IMG/VR virus record: IMGVR_UViG_3300045988_172839
Span: 128,001-192,000 of that record
DNA: 64,000 nt
Strand: one strand, 5' to 3'
From: a virus
Part shown: positions 62,343 to 64,000 of the stretch, one piece after another
Position numbering within the stretch: the stretch's first letter is position 1
Layout of the letters: every line of letters starts with the position of its first letter
Notes under the pieces: model-generated
The model's database searches: none
Seen by the model: the letters and a program-made list of their open reading frames with translations, nothing else
What the model was told of the DNA's origin: nothing
Position numbers and translations under genes: made by a program

Positions 62343-62952
62343 TAGAATCAAGCGTTCCGAAGTATAACAAATTCTCCAGTTTCTTACCCCATGCAGTTCC
62401 CTTAAACCAAACCACATATAAGTCAAGTGAACCTAAAGAAATGACTACAGATAAAAGGAATGTCAAGAAAACATAGAAAATATAACTAAGTGGAGGTATC
62501 ATCGGATGATTGGGTCTTGGTAAGTTAGCTTTCAAAAAGTCAAAAAGCCCATAAAAAGCAAGACCACTTACGGTAAAAGCAAAAATAGGAAGTGACATAT
62601 AACCTAAAACAAAAGCAAAAACCTGCAAAAGATACCGAATGTACTCTTCTTTGGGTTTGTTCTTGTACAAAGTTAGTTCAAAATCGTCACCTACTTTGAC
62701 CCACTTATAGTAAGTGTAATCAAGGTTCAAATCCTCAATAACCTCTGAGAGTAAACCTAAACTAAAAAGCTCCTTTGACAAAATTCGAAGAGTTAACTTT
62801 TTTGATCCGCATAATGAAGGAGAAAAACTCAAAGTCTTAGTCATTACTTCAAAAACCTTATCTCTCACCGATTGAGACATAGGAGAGCTAACAATATCTT
62901 TAGGCAAGAAAACATAAGCATCATCGAAATAAGTTTGAATAAAATCAATCAT
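62320..62952 (-). CDS. membrane protein, paralog of 62945..63541
   Basis: FELTLYKNKPKEEYIRYLLQVFAFVLG compared with FLLTLYKTRPEAISRLYLAILLRGLL. Confidence 0.7.
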   Translation of the reverse strand: MIDFIQTYFDDAYVFLPKDIVSSPMSQSVRDKVFEVMTKTLSFSPSLCGSKKLTLRILSKELFSLGLLSEVIEDLNLDYTYYKWVKVGDDFELTLYKNKPKEEYIRYLLQVFAFVLGYMSLPIFAFTVSGLAFYGLFDFLKANLPRPNHPMIPPLSYIFYVFLTFLLSVVISLGSLDLYVVWFKGTAWGKKLENLLYFGTLDSIDKPSIL

Positions 62953-63541
62953 TTTCTACCACCTTATCAAATCTTATTGTATGTTCAAATTCTTTTGCGA
63001 CTTTCGAATAGCGAAACAGTACGCTTGCAACCGTATTAGAACTTATTAGCACAAAGAAGACTGTTAGGAAGTTCAAGAGAATTGTAACTAAAAAAGACGA
63101 AGCAAACTGCGATTTTACAAGTTCCAAGCCGGGAGACAATACCTCAAATATCAAGGAAGCCGTCATCAAAGCAAGTATCAACCAAAGCAACCCTCTCAAT
63201 AATATAGCTAAATATAGCCGAGAAATCGCTTCTGGGCGAGTTTTATATAGAGTGAGTAGAAAGTTACCTTCAAACTTCTCAAGGCGCGTGTAGGCGATTT
63301 TAGAGCCGATTTTTGATAGTGCTTTTGAAAGCAAACTATAGTTGAACTTTGAAGGGGTTAAAAGAGTGAATGTCAAGCTCTCTAAGTTATTCTTCTCCAT
63401 AAAGTCTAACTGAGGAGTTAATTCCTCAATCATAAAACCCAGTGTTTCTCTATCATATTCTGCTTGACGGTCTTTCTTTCGTTGTTCTAATTCTTTCAAT
63501 TTGCGATTTTCATCGCCAAATAAAAATCCTAACCAGAACAT
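62945..63541 (-). CDS. membrane protein, paralog of 62320..62952
   Basis: ATG 63541 after GGGGGAGGA. Confidence 0.7.
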   Translation of the reverse strand: MFWLGFLFGDENRKLKELEQRKKDRQAEYDRETLGFMIEELTPQLDFMEKNNLESLTFTLLTPSKFNYSLLSKALSKIGSKIAYTRLEKFEGNFLLTLYKTRPEAISRLYLAILLRGLLWLILALMTASLIFEVLSPGLELVKSQFASSFLVTILLNFLTVFFVLISSNTVASVLFRYSKVAKEFEHTIRFDKVVEND

Positions 63542-63543
63542 TA

Positions 63544-63960
63544 TCAAAGTCCTCCCCCAAGCTTAAATTCCAAGGATACGGTGTGACTTCCCCTAAGTCC
63601 TGTAATCGTAATTGTCTCAGAACTTGCAGAGAAACCAAATGGAAATTGTAAGGCTTGTCTTACTTCTCTTGTAGTTAAAGGTAGCAAGTCAGTAAACCAC
63701 ACATGAACCTCAGTGTCTTGCAACTCTGTGAAATCTAAGTGGTCTGAGCTGCGCATTACTCGTGCAATGTCAGTAGGTGGAATAACTGCAACCCTTACCC
63801 AATTAGGTGCAAGTGCTTGAACTACTGCTACTACTTTACCTCTTAGATAAACATAAGTATGGTAAACAAAACCATCAGACATGGGGTTAATTGAACCCTC
63901 AATCTTAAAATCAAACTCATAGTCTTTAAGTTTACCATAGCTTCCAAATTCTTCACTCAC
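63544..63960 (-). CDS. hypothetical protein
   Basis: ORF track. The GTG start overlaps the end of a further upstream ORF that runs off the window. Confidence 0.6.
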   Translation of the reverse strand: MSEEFGSYGKLKDYEFDFKIEGSINPMSDGFVYHTYVYLRGKVVAVVQALAPNWVRVAVIPPTDIARVMRSSDHLDFTELQDTEVHVWFTDLLPLTTREVRQALQFPFGFSASSETITITGLRGSHTVSLEFKLGGGL

Positions 63961-64000
63961 TAATGCTTGTTTGATAAAAGCTGAAAGCTTTCTGAACGCT

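Noticed and set aside
2096-63651. All plus-strand ORFs in the track (for example 2096..2284, 9938..10249, 17026..17358, 30156..30497, 39806..40219 and 46252..46518)
   Set aside because: Each lies antisense inside a longer minus-strand gene. None has an RBS or promoter, and their sequences are low-complexity or shadow-like. I treat them as antisense shadows of an A/T-rich one-strand genome.
1-64000. Global stop-codon reassignment to explain the in-frame TAA, TAG and TGA
   Set aside because: All three codons also end ORFs directly in front of an RBS and the start of the next gene. Examples are TAG at 4267-4269, TGA at 2050-2052 and 62320-62322, and TAA at most genes. There is therefore no consistent recoding, and only isolated nonsense or read-through events remain possible.
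1-64000. GATACC enrichment as a by-product of codon usage or a repeated peptide (GYP)
   Set aside because: The motif occurs in all three reading frames, giving Gly-Ile, x-Tyr-x and Val-Ser. It also occurs in non-coding spacers and terminator loops, so a protein-level explanation does not hold.
1-64000. GGATAC/GTATCC as a restriction site under selection (a BciVI-type recognition sequence)
   Set aside because: Phages normally avoid restriction sites, whereas this motif is strongly enriched and strand-polar. That is the opposite of restriction avoidance.
1-64000. Prophage or temperate module
   Set aside because: I found no integrase, CI/Cro-like switch, attachment-site repeats or flanking bacterial genes. 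The uniform strand and the promoter-terminator density fit an early region of a virulent phage.

Overview
The window looks like a 64-kb stretch of a large, virulent-type phage genome from a low-GC Gram-positive host. The evidence for the host type is repeated TTGACA-17-TATAAT promoters and AGGAGG-type ribosome binding sites. I see no integrase or repressor.

All credible genes (about 100) lie on the minus strand and are tightly packed. They are split into many short transcription units by hairpin terminators that are followed directly by near-consensus promoters. Every plus-strand ORF in the track looks like an antisense shadow.

Recognisable functions:
- Four orphan DNA methyltransferases: one beta-class N6A/N4C enzyme and three C5 enzymes. 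One C5 gene carries an in-frame TAA. Another carries an intein at the catalytic Cys plus an in-frame TAG.
- DNA and nucleotide metabolism: RNase H1, DHFR, a 5'-3' exonuclease/FEN, a UvrD-like helicase, a DHH/RecJ-like phosphoesterase, a HAD 5'-nucleotidase-like protein and a membrane-anchored nuclease-like protein.
- An actin-like (ParM/Alp-type) ATPase operon.
- A J-domain protein and a PnuC-like transporter.

Most other genes are small ORFans, many in large tandem paralog families.

Main non-genic signals:
1. The hexamer GATACC occurs about 110 times on the plus strand, against 3 copies of its complement. It appears in all reading frames and in spacers.
2. Two arrays of 8-bp TRRGACAA iterons sit in exact 21-bp register, at 34.56-34.71 kb and 49.86-50.24 kb.
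3. There are two long non-coding regions, at 45.0-46.0 kb and 49.0-50.66 kb.
4. A 4x 19-bp palindromic tandem repeat lies at about 55.9 kb.
5. Two promoter-to-terminator units without ORFs lie at 26.0-26.3 kb.

All counts were made by eye and all homology statements are motif-level. Nothing was searched against a database.
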